This document shows, in pieces, positions 21,276-30,095 of a stretch of 64,000 bases of DNA (its first letter is position 1; each line of letters opens with the position of its first letter). The translations under genes were made by a program, and so were the position numbers. Source of the stretch: an uncultured Verrucomicrobiae bacterium (lineage in GTDB: Bacteria > Verrucomicrobiota > Verrucomicrobiia > Limisphaerales > JAFGQR01); the NCBI GenBank assembly GCA_963788655.1, contig CAWBHS010000008.1:25989-89988 (forward strand), in the 5' to 3' direction. Under the pieces are notes generated by a model. That model ran no database searches, had not been told where the DNA came from, and saw only the letters and a list, made by a program, of their open reading frames with translations.

Positions 21276-22808
21276 TCAATCTTCGACCAAGGTAATATCC
21301 TCCTCCGGCTTCGGATAATTCTTTTTCGCGATATACGACTTGGTGTCGTCCACCATCTCCTGGGTGATCTGAAAATTATATTTCCGATAATCGTTCACCG
21401 TGAATTCTCCCACTTTGAAGAATCCCCACTGGTCAAAAAAGTCGGTCAGATCCAGCTTGGCCACATCGCAACAGATCTTAACGAACTCAAACTGGTTTCG
21501 AATGGAATCATCCCCGCGACCGGCGTCCGGGCGGCTGCGCATTTCCTCCATCACGTCGGCATAAAAGTCCGGCTTGCCGTGTCGTGCAAAATAAAGGTGG
21601 AGTTGCCAGAAGGGAACCAGGCGGTCGAAGACGTCCTTCCATTCCAGGTAAGAGATCTTCGGAGTTGCTTCGATGATGTTTTTGCGCGCTGACGCATAAT
21701 TCTTCTGCGCGGCGAGGCGGCTCGGATTGCCCATCCCGGTGACGGTAAACATCGAGAAAATGTTGCAGCTCACCTCGGTCATGCCGCCCCAGGTCATTTT
21801 CGGGCGCATTTGCAGCACGTGACCGGTTTCGTGACTGAAGCCCCAGCAGGGATCGCCTTTGATGACGACTTCCGGATCAGCGACCATGCGCATGGTGCCC
21901 TGGTTGCCGAGGTAGGCCACCCCGTCGCCGTCGCGGAACATGTAGTAATTGAAATTGACGCGCGCCAGAATGCGGTTTTTGGGCACCTTGTGGTATTTCA
22001 CCAATCCCATCAGCGTGTAATGGCTGTGAAGCAGTTTGTCGTAATTGCCGATCAATTCCGTCCCCTTGCCACGGGTGTAAACGTTGAACCACTCCACCGG
22101 GTAGGCGACCTGGATATGCTTGCCGCGTGCGTCCATGATGGGACTCACCGCCTGGTCCAGCAGTCGGTCCCAATCGGCGTTCGTCTGCTTGGTGGCATCG
22201 AAGTAGCCATTCACTTTGCCCGTGGGAAAGTGAACGACCACCTGCGGCGCCGTCTCGGCACGGTCGTCGAAATAGCTCAGGTACACATTGCCGCCCTTTT
22301 CCACTTGAATCACATTCACCCCCTCGGTCAGCGCGATCCGCTGTTTCTTCAGTCCCCATCCATTCGGATCTTTTGAGGGATTGACGCCTGCGGGCGGCTG
22401 GCGCATCCAGTCGGGAATCAGTAGCGAAAGTTCCTTACCCCCGGTAGGTCCGACCAACACCACTAGTTCGCCCGGCTCCAGGCAGATGCCGGTGATGTTC
22501 TCGTAACGGCTGAAGCCATCGCCCAGCTTCAACGTGTTCCCCAATTCGCGAGGCGAAGGATAGGCTGCATAACTGGCCGCTCGGTAGGTTCGGTCATACG
22601 TGCCGTTCAGCATCTCGGCCGCCACCCTTTTGAGCAACGCGCTTTGAAAGTTATCCAAATCTTTCAACTGCACGTTCGGCTTCAACTGCCGGCAACTGGT
22701 GTCGGTAAAGAACGTCATGTCGGCTTTGAGCGCAGCGAGGTTGATTGCGGCGCTACCGGAAATTAATGGCCATGACAATAAGGCGACAGCCAGGACGAAT
22801 TTGTTCAT
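21276..22808 (-). CDS. M60-like zinc metallopeptidase, secreted
   Basis: Signal peptide; WGFSHETGH...GMTEVSCNIFS gluzincin motif; TGI..PGE N-domain; FWQL..YF. Confidence 0.85.
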   Translation of the reverse strand: MNKFVLAVALLSWPLISGSAAINLAALKADMTFFTDTSCRQLKPNVQLKDLDNFQSALLKRVAAEMLNGTYDRTYRAASYAAYPSPRELGNTLKLGDGFSRYENITGICLEPGELVVLVGPTGGKELSLLIPDWMRQPPAGVNPSKDPNGWGLKKQRIALTEGVNVIQVEKGGNVYLSYFDDRAETAPQVVVHFPTGKVNGYFDATKQTNADWDRLLDQAVSPIMDARGKHIQVAYPVEWFNVYTRGKGTELIGNYDKLLHSHYTLMGLVKYHKVPKNRILARVNFNYYMFRDGDGVAYLGNQGTMRMVADPEVVIKGDPCWGFSHETGHVLQMRPKMTWGGMTEVSCNIFSMFTVTGMGNPSRLAAQKNYASARKNIIEATPKISYLEWKDVFDRLVPFWQLHLYFARHGKPDFYADVMEEMRSRPDAGRGDDSIRNQFEFVKICCDVAKLDLTDFFDQWGFFKVGEFTVNDYRKYNFQITQEMVDDTKSYIAKKNYPKPEEDITLVED

Positions 22809-22970
22809 GTTTTCAAGACCCCGGCTGCCGTCTGGTTATTCATTGAGCGGGCGCATTTGCTTTGTGAACTTCCTCAATGACCCGCTTGCTCGCACCAAAA
22901 TACCAAGGGTTGAATGCCATGAGGCGACCATGGTAATCTTCCCGCTCACTAAAAAACAAATGATGATCCT

Positions 22971-24296
22971 ATGAACAATGACCATGCAACCAGACTCACA
23001 CGACGTCAGTTTCTCACCCGGGGGGCGATGGCGGCAAGTGCCGTAGCGATGCCCTGTTTGATCCCGGCCTCGGCATTGGGCCGAAACGGTACGGTGGCGC
23101 CGAGCGAACGGATTGTGATGGGCGGCATTGGACTCGGTGGTCGTGGTTCCTACGATTTGGGCTGGATCTTGACCCAGAAGGATGTGCAGTGGGTCGCTGC
23201 CTGTGACGTCGTGAAAGGCCGGCGCGATGCGGCCAAGAACGTCGTCGATACGAAATACGGCAACCAAGATTGTGCCGTGTATGGCGACATGCGCCAGTTC
23301 CTGGACGAGCGGACGGACGTGGACGCCGTGTTGATTGCCACGGGGGACCGCTGGCATGCGCTGGCTTCGATTTGGGCGATGCGGGCGGGCAAGGATGTTT
23401 ATTGCGAGAAACCGGCCTGTCTGACGATGGCGCAGGGGCAAATGGTTGTCGAGACCGCACGCCGGTATGGGCGGATTTATCAAACGGGCGCCCAGCGCCT
23501 CAGCGAGCCGCATCATGTGTTTGCCATTGAAATGGCCCGCTCCGGCCGGTTGGGCCCCATTGATACGGTTTACGCCGACTGTCGTTGGCGCGACGGGATG
23601 CGCCACGACTGGTTGCCCGCCGAACCGGAACCTCCCAAGGATCAACTGGACTGGGATCTGTTCGTCGGCCCTTCTCCCTGGCGGCCCTACAACCACGGTT
23701 ACCTGAACTCCGGGTGGTATCACTTTTATGATTTCGCCACCGACGTGGCGATGTGGGGTGCGCACACGGTTACCCAAGCCCTGGCTGGACTCGACATGGA
23801 CAACGTATCCTCCATCGAATTCGAGTATGCCGGGCCGGGGGCAACGATGGTGACCCGTTTGTCCAACGGGGTGAAGTTGGTTCTGTTCCGGGTCAGCGGC
23901 TCGGTTTGGGAGCCGTGCGAGTATTGGCATGGCGCGTGTGGCGAGCGGTTCGATGGTCCCAAAGGCTGGACCGCCGCCGCCGACGGTTATGCGCGCACCG
24001 ACGTCTCCTCGCCTGCGCTGTTGCGCGATTATCAGAACGTGCTGGCGGAATATACGACGCGCACCCAGCGCCCATTGAACCACATGCGGGATTTCTTTGA
24101 CTGCATCCGGTCGCGTCGGCTCACCGTGGCGAGTCCCGAAGTGATGTATCGGTCCATGAAAATTTGTTTGGCGGCCGATATATGCGAGCAATTGCAGCGC
24201 AACCTGAAGTTCGACCTGCGCGCGGCTGAATTTGTCGGAGATCCCGAAGCCAACCGGTTGCGTTTTCGCGCGATGCGCGCCCCCTACACAATCTGA
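22971..24296 (+). CDS. Tat-exported Gfo/Idh/MocA-family oxidoreductase
   Basis: TRRQFL Tat motif; GIGLGGRG, DAVLIATGDRWHA, YCEKP. Confidence 0.9.
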   Translation: MNNDHATRLTRRQFLTRGAMAASAVAMPCLIPASALGRNGTVAPSERIVMGGIGLGGRGSYDLGWILTQKDVQWVAACDVVKGRRDAAKNVVDTKYGNQDCAVYGDMRQFLDERTDVDAVLIATGDRWHALASIWAMRAGKDVYCEKPACLTMAQGQMVVETARRYGRIYQTGAQRLSEPHHVFAIEMARSGRLGPIDTVYADCRWRDGMRHDWLPAEPEPPKDQLDWDLFVGPSPWRPYNHGYLNSGWYHFYDFATDVAMWGAHTVTQALAGLDMDNVSSIEFEYAGPGATMVTRLSNGVKLVLFRVSGSVWEPCEYWHGACGERFDGPKGWTAAADGYARTDVSSPALLRDYQNVLAEYTTRTQRPLNHMRDFFDCIRSRRLTVASPEVMYRSMKICLAADICEQLQRNLKFDLRAAEFVGDPEANRLRFRAMRAPYTI

Positions 24297-24464
24297 TTGG
24301 GCAATTTGAGGTAACAGTTCGCCGATCACGACGCAAAGCAAGCCGCGTCGAAAAGGGATCATTGCCCTCCAGATGTAACGGCACCGCGCATTTGTGCGGA
24401 ATGAGAGTTCTTGAACTCGGACTGAAACGCCTCGGGTGTCGTCAGGAGTTTCATACTCAATCCA

Positions 24465-24934
24465 TCACTTTTCCAGTTCCTGTTCGACCGCGGAGAATTC
24501 TTCGAGAGCTTCTTCAAGATCTTCGACGATTTCGGCGGCGAGGATGGCGGGTTTGGGGAGGTTTTCCGTGTCGGCCAGCGTGTCGTCTTTGAGCCAGAAG
24601 ATGTCGAGGTTGGCTTTGTCGCGGGCCATCAGGTCGGCGTAGGTGAAACGATTGAAGCGTTCGGATTCCTCGCGTTTCTTCGTGCGATTCTTGGTCTGGT
24701 AGAACTGGACGAACTCTTTCAAGTCTTCGTCGGCGATGGGGTTTTGGCGCAGTGTGAAGTTGCGATTCGTGCGCAGGTCATAGACCCAAAGCTCTTTGGT
24801 CCAAGGCGTCTTGGAGGCGGGCTTCTTGTCGAAGAAGAGCACGTTGGCTTTCACGCCGGGCGAATACCAGATGCCGGTGGGCAGACGCAGCAGAGTGTGG
24901 ACGTTGCAGCGATCCAGCAAGGCGCGGCGATTGT
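24465..24934 (-). pseudogene. hsdM: Type I R-M methyltransferase HsdM, 3' part
   Basis: RRALLDRCNVHTLLRLPTGIWYSPGVKANVLFF...WVYDLRTN...RDKANLDIFWLKD; joins the part at 28342-29253 once the transposon is removed. Confidence 0.9.
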
Positions 24935-24941
24935 TGTACAG

Positions 24942-25021
24942 CAGCGAATAGATCCGTGGAGGAAAGAGCGCAGTAAATTGTGGAGCAACGGGCCAAATGA
25001 GCGCATTGCACCGTGGGGCAA
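24942..25021 (+). repeat. Three subterminal 23-bp direct repeats, putative transposase-binding sites
   Basis: cagcgaatagatccgtggaggaa (24942), gagcgcagtaaattgtggagcaa (24966), gagcgcattgcaccgtggggcaa (24999). Confidence 0.7.
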
Positions 25022-25064
25022 GAGGCGCGCTCGAAGCGTGTGAACGTATCGAGTAGTATGGTGG

Positions 25065-25095
25065 ACCGTCTCCCGGATTCGGACCGGGAGACGGT
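25065..25095. terminator. Perfect 12-bp stem-loop downstream of the transposon operon
   Basis: accgtctcccgg-attcgga-ccgggagacggt; no clear U-tract on the minus strand. Confidence 0.45.
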
Positions 25096-25138
25096 AAGAG
25101 GTTGGCCCGTGGCGACGAGAACGGGATCGGCCGTGGGC

Positions 25139-25528
25139 TTACCTTCCGTGCTCGGCGCGAAACTGGGTCAGGATCTGCAGCGCGCGTTGACGCGCCGCCG
25201 CCTCTTCTTGAGGATCGGCCGGCGGGACCGAACGGGGCTCAGGATTGGAGCCGGAGGGCTTGGGGGCGTAGAGCGCAACGCGGCTGATGTTGAGATCGTC
25301 TTCGAAACGGTCGGGCTGGAGGAGATTGTAGAGCTTGAGGGCTCCGACGTTCCTGCGTCCCTCGCGGATTTCCCGCTGCAGATAGCGGACGACTCGTTGG
25401 AGATCGGCTTCGGTGAACCCCGCACGGAAGAAGTCATACCAAAGCCGTTCCCGATCAAAGCGCAGGCTGACGCGCTGGCCCGTCAGACGGCCATAGAGCG
25501 CGTGAACTTGTTGGATGCGCGCGATCAT
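25139..25528 (-). CDS. Orphan 129-aa protein, last gene of the transposon operon
   Basis: ATG overlaps the ATPase stop (ATGA at 25525-25528); MIARIQQVHALYGRLTGQRVSLRFDRERLWYDFF... Confidence 0.7.
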   Translation of the reverse strand: MIARIQQVHALYGRLTGQRVSLRFDRERLWYDFFRAGFTEADLQRVVRYLQREIREGRRNVGALKLYNLLQPDRFEDDLNISRVALYAPKPSGSNPEPRSVPPADPQEEAAARQRALQILTQFRAEHGR

Positions 25529-26358
25529 GAGCTGTGTCGCGTTAACCCCGCCAACCCGGGCACCTGTTCCATCGCCTGCTGCATCGTGGGGGCGCTGATT
25601 TCCCGGAGGTCGGCCCGAGCGGCTTCGATCCACGCCGCCCGAGCCAAGAGGCAGACGCTGCGCGGCACGCCCGCGGTGGCCCGGACCAGCAAATCCACCG
25701 CCGCCGCTTCAAAAACCTGCGAGCGATTAATGCCGACGGCTTCCAGCCCGGTTCGCAGATAGGTTTGGATCTCCTCGAGCGTCCATGGACTGAGCAGGTG
25801 ATGAGCGCTCAAGCGGGAACAGAGCGCCCGGTGATTGCGCAGTTGGAGCTGTCCCAGCAGGTACTCGTCCCCGAGGAGGACCAGCGCGAAGGTCGGTTGG
25901 CTGGGCAGGTTGAGCCCGAGCAACAACCGCAACTCTTCGAGCGTGCCGTGGGTCGCGTTCTGCGCGTCGTCCATGACAATGACCAGGGTCTGGCGCTCAT
26001 GTTCGGACAGGTAGCTGGAGAGTTCATCCAGATTGCGCTCGCGGCGGATGCTGGCCCGCTTGCCCAGGCTGCGAGCCAGACTGGCTAAGAGCCCACTGCT
26101 GCTCAAGGTGGCCTGGGTCAGGTTGACCGGAGTATAGAGTCGGTTCTCCAGTTGGCGCACCCAGCGGCCGACCAAGGTGGACTTGCCCGTCCCATTGCCT
26201 CCGCTTAAAAGCATCGCGCCGCGCAAGGCGGCCGTCTGCTCGAGGAGACTCCAGGCGCGTTGCTGGGAGGGGATGGCAATCCAGTGCGGGTCCGATAACG
26301 GCCCGAAGGGCACGGCGGTGGCACCCCAGGTCCGCGCATAGCGATCCAATTCATTCAT
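25525..26358 (-). CDS. ExeA-like/AAA_22 transposition helper ATPase
   Basis: Walker A GGNGTGKST, Walker B VIVMDDAQ, G.PR near the C-terminus; ATGA overlap with the transposase stop. Confidence 0.9.
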   Translation of the reverse strand: MNELDRYARTWGATAVPFGPLSDPHWIAIPSQQRAWSLLEQTAALRGAMLLSGGNGTGKSTLVGRWVRQLENRLYTPVNLTQATLSSSGLLASLARSLGKRASIRRERNLDELSSYLSEHERQTLVIVMDDAQNATHGTLEELRLLLGLNLPSQPTFALVLLGDEYLLGQLQLRNHRALCSRLSAHHLLSPWTLEEIQTYLRTGLEAVGINRSQVFEAAAVDLLVRATAGVPRSVCLLARAAWIEAARADLREISAPTMQQAMEQVPGLAGLTRHSS

Positions 26359-27617
26359 CGCTTGCCCTCCCCGCCATCGATTTGGCTGTTGAGGTGGCGG
26401 TCGACTTTGCGGGCGGCTCCAAAGTCCTGTCCTTTGTAGCGGACCAGGATCGGGTTCTTGACCCAAGGATCGAGCTCCAAGTGCACTTTGAGCCCGCGCA
26501 GGGCCAGGTTCACCTCGTAGAGATCGTTGTCGATGCGGACGGTCCCGTCTTTGCGCACCACGCGCTCGATGCGGGTGTAGAACAGCCGGTCCAGGTCCAG
26601 CTGCGGATCCAACGGCCGCAGCAGTGGCAGCGCCCGGGCGAAGCGCTCCTGGGGACTTTCGCCGATGCTCGAGTGAGGACGGGGATGGTAGATCTCCTGG
26701 AGCCACTGGGCGAGCTTGCCGTTAAGTTCCGCCAAGGATCCGACGGCTTGGCCGGGCAAACGCAAGCCGGCTTCGAAATCCTCCTGCACGGTGCGGAACA
26801 ACCGCTCCACTTTCCCGCGACTCCAAGGCCGGCCCACTTTGGAGTGAATGAGCCGGATGCCCAGATTGGCGCACACGATGCGCAGATGGTGATTGACGAA
26901 GGGACCGCCGTTGTCCGCATAAAGTTTTCTCGGCAATCCCCGGCGACGAAGCGCCGCTTTGAGGCAGCGCAAGAGCGCCGGCGTGTCGGCGGCCAACCCG
27001 TAGGCCGCATGCGGAATCAGGCGCGAGTGATCATCGACGATGAGGCAGAGGTGGGTGGGCACCGTCTTGGGGTGCAGGGCCAAAAAGGGGCCCGGGGAGA
27101 AGTCGACGATCCAAAGGTCATTGACGCCGGGTGCTTCAAAGGCCTTGGTGGGACCCGGGATGTTCTGGCGCAGCAGATAGCGGCGGCCCTGCGCGTCGAG
27201 GTCATTCTGCTCCAGCCAGCGATAGACGGCCGAGAGCGCCGGCAGCGTGGGGTCGGATTGTTTCCATTGCCGGTAAAGCAGCTTGACCGGCACTCCCGGA
27301 AAGCAACGCACCTGATCGATGACCCACTGCTGTTGAGTGGCCGATAATCGCCGGGGTTTGCCCCGGTCGGATCGTGGTTTGGGCTTGAGTCCTTCGAAGC
27401 CGGCTTTCTTGAACGCGTAATACCAGTCTTCGAGCGTGCGCCGAGCGACAAATTGAGGGGGTGCCTCACTGTCCCCGGGCAAGGGATGAGTAGAGCTCAC
27501 CTGTTCCAGCGCCGCGGAAAGAGGCCAGTGGTGCTGAAGGAGCTCGAGGACGGCTTGAACCAGGCTCATACGCCGCAAGGCGACGGCCTCCTGAACGGAT
27601 GCAGTTGTGTTTTTCAT
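26355..27617 (-). CDS. DDE-type transposase (rve core, N-terminal HTH, Mu-like C-terminal beta domain)
   Basis: WIVDF, LYADNG, GKVERLFRT triad; RRTLEDW...GLKPKPRSDRG; RVVRKDGTVRIDNDLYEV. Confidence 0.92.
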   Translation of the reverse strand: MKNTTASVQEAVALRRMSLVQAVLELLQHHWPLSAALEQVSSTHPLPGDSEAPPQFVARRTLEDWYYAFKKAGFEGLKPKPRSDRGKPRRLSATQQQWVIDQVRCFPGVPVKLLYRQWKQSDPTLPALSAVYRWLEQNDLDAQGRRYLLRQNIPGPTKAFEAPGVNDLWIVDFSPGPFLALHPKTVPTHLCLIVDDHSRLIPHAAYGLAADTPALLRCLKAALRRRGLPRKLYADNGGPFVNHHLRIVCANLGIRLIHSKVGRPWSRGKVERLFRTVQEDFEAGLRLPGQAVGSLAELNGKLAQWLQEIYHPRPHSSIGESPQERFARALPLLRPLDPQLDLDRLFYTRIERVVRKDGTVRIDNDLYEVNLALRGLKVHLELDPWVKNPILVRYKGQDFGAARKVDRHLNSQIDGGEGKR

Positions 27618-27704
27618 GCGGCGCGGAGCCTTTCACGCCGCCGGCTTGGATTTCAAAAACAGGGTTTCGTGGGATTAATAACCTGTTGCGCTCCAACCGA
27701 TAAT

Positions 27705-28239
27705 TCAGGATGACGGTCGCAGACAGCGGTAGTTGCCCAAGAGCGAAATGTGGTGGTGTTCGGAAAGAAAGCAGAGCATCTTTGGCACCGAGTCAAATGA
27801 CTGTCGCAAGCTGGCCCACAACGAGAGGCCGTCGGAAACCGTGCTACTAACCAGTTGTCCGAAGACTTCTTTGAGGGTGGCCGCGCGTGCCGTCAACGCA
27901 CTCCACGCTCGTCGGAGGCAACCCGCCTCTAAGGCGCGGGGCGGTGGGTCCAGGCCTTGGGTCTGGATCCTCGCCCGTTGGTCAAAATCCCCTTGCAACC
28001 GCTCGGCACGGATCGAGCGATACGGTAATCGATGCGGCGGCAGGACCGAGAAAGTCCGGCCGCAAGCAGGATGCAGATAGCGCTGGATCCTCTCCTTGAG
28101 CGTGCCCTCCGGATCGGCATTCCGCCAATAGCATCCATGGCGGTGAACCATCCCCGGGCCACCGCAGGGACAGGACGGCCGCATTCCCTTGAGTTGATCT
28201 TCGCGGAATTGGATCGGGGAGCTTTTCCGAAATCACCAC
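27705..28239 (-). CDS. Zn-finger protein resembling DUF6431; 5' end probably frameshifted near 28215
   Basis: CPCGG..HRHGCYWR...IQRYLHPACGRTFSVLP..LPYR. Confidence 0.65.
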
Positions 28240-28341
28240 GGCGAATCAAGCTGCTTTCTTTCGGGCTCCACGATGCGAGCGCCCCAGCTTTCCTCATCAA
28301 CGTTCCGCACCCACGCTCACACCATTTTTCGCAGCGCTACA

Positions 28342-29253
28342 GGATTTTCTCGCCTGCGCCGGCCTCGAACAGAACATTGTCCGGCACGACCACGGCGGCT
28401 GTGCCGGTTTCCTTGAGCATGGAATAGACGTTCTGCACGAAGTTGAGCTGCTTGTTGCTCGTCGTCGGCGCAATGAAGTCCTGGCGCTCGTAATAGATCT
28501 TCTCCGTCTCCCGCTTCCCAGCGTCGTTCACGACCGTGATGCTGCTCTTTTTTCCAAAAGGCGGATTCGTGAGCACCATGTCCACTGGCTCGGGCCTCTT
28601 TGCGAGGGTGTCCATTGTCTGCACGATGGTCTTGTCGCTGCCGCCCATGCCGTGCAGGTAAAGGTTCATCGCACACAGACGTGTGACGCCCGGCACGATG
28701 TCCATGCCACGGATGGCTTCCTCGTTGATGAAGCGCTGGGCTTTGCGATCCAAGTCGCGGGAGTTCGTCGTCACAGATATTCGTATGCGGCGAGCAGGAA
28801 GCCACCCGTGCCGCAGGCGGGATCGGCGATGCGCATGGTCGGTTCGGGGCGCATGACTTGCACGATGGCGCGGATGATGGGGCGCGGCGTGAAGTATTGG
28901 CCCGCGCCGCCGCGCACGTCCTCGGCGTTACGCGCGAGCAGGCCCTCGTAAATCTCGCCCTTCACGTCCATGTCCAGCCCGGCCCAGTTCTCCGACTCCA
29001 TCAAGGAGATGAGTCGTTCCAGCTTGGCGGGGTCGGTGATCTTGTTCTGCGCCTTGGCGAAGATGATGCCGAGCAGACCGGGCAGCTTACCCAGCTCGCG
29101 CAGCGTCTTGGAATACTGCACCTCCAACGGGTCGCCCGACTCCTGCTTGAGCGCGGCCCAGTTGTATTTCTTGGGAATGACATTCTCCAGGCCGAGCAAC
29201 TCGCGCTCGTGGGCCATTTTGAGGAAGAGCAGAAACGTGATCTGCTCGGTGTA
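28342..29253 (-). pseudogene. hsdM: HsdM 5'/central part; N-terminus missing, frameshift near 28772
   Basis: YTEQITFLLFLKM, GAGQYFTPR, DPACGTGGFL (motif I), NPPF (motif IV), VVPDNVLFE. Confidence 0.9.
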
Positions 29254-29254
29254 A

Positions 29255-29766
29255 CCGCACTAGCAAAGGCAGCGACAGCGCCGACGGCAAAGGAGCTATT
29301 TACCGAGGGCGAGTTTAAGCCCGACGCCGTTTACGAATTCTATGATGCGATAGCAGACTCTCCCGAAGCCATAAAGCGCCTACGCGGAGAGCGAGTTCCG
29401 TTGCGAGCAAGAAAGCGACCTCGTAGTCGTGAGATTAAGCAGGGTCACCCATTCCGCTTGCACGAGCTTTGGGTGAAGAGATTCAAGAATCTCGAGGACT
29501 ACCTAGTGCGATTTGAGCCGGAACATTCGCTGGATGCTCTTTTGGGCTGGAATGGCACTGGTAAATCGAACCTGTTCGAGGTGCTGATCGTCATTTTCCG
29601 GGATCTCTACAAATGGCAGTTTAAGGATTTTGAGCCACACTCAGCTCGGATTAAACCTGCGCCATGTTGGAACCGGACAAGGGGAATTCCAATGGCGTTT
29701 GGACAAACTGTCACAAGCAAAACCCCGCAGTCCCATTCATGCAAATGGCTAAACAAGAGTGTTTAA
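29255..29766 (+). pseudogene. Fragment: HsdS-like C-terminal tail in frame with the N-terminus of an ABC/AAA_21-type ATPase
   Basis: FRLHELWVKRFKNLE...LLGWNGTGKSNLFEVL Walker A; no start codon of its own and no Walker B. Confidence 0.6.
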
Positions 29767-29848
29767 CATGGCTGGCGGACTTTGCACGAAAAAAGTGAGG
29801 CGTGGTTAAGCACGGGAGGATGAGACACGGAGAAACCAATTTGTAACC

Positions 29849-29925
29849 TGGTACGCGAGGCGGGGGTCGAACCCACAACCTTCGGCTTCGGAGGCCGACG
29901 CTCTATCCAATTGAGCTACTCGCGC
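29849..29925 (-). tRNA. tRNA-Arg(CCG)
   Basis: GCGCGAGTAGCTCAATTGGATAGAGCGTCGGCCTCCGAAGCCGAAGGTTGTGGGTTCGACCCCCGCCTCGCGTACCA; cloverleaf, encoded CCA. Confidence 0.96.
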
Positions 29926-30095
29926 ATTCGCAGTGCGCTTACTTAACTCTATTCCCGAACCTAGAGCAATGGTTTTTCGGTGTGCATGGACGGGAAAAAG
30001 TCACACTTGGCAAGGAACGGCTACCGAACAGCAGAGGCGTCGGTTTCCGCGAGCCACAACTCTCGGATGAATCGCGGCCACGGGGCGACGCCGCG

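Larger units (their letters stand above)
24935..28341 (-). mobile_element. 3407-bp four-gene transposon (Mu/IS481/IS21-like DDE transposase plus AAA ATPase) inserted in hsdM
   Basis: Ends TGTACAGCAGCGAATA and TGTAGCGCTGCGAAAA (12/16 inverted match); imperfect 6-bp flanking duplication GATTGT/GGATTT; interrupts hsdM at GEKI|RRALL. Confidence 0.88.

Noticed and set aside
24300..24465. att-site duplication of the tRNA-Arg 3' end marking the far island boundary
   Set aside because: No copy of the tRNA 3' sequence and no integrase were found by eye, so the island limits remain inferred.
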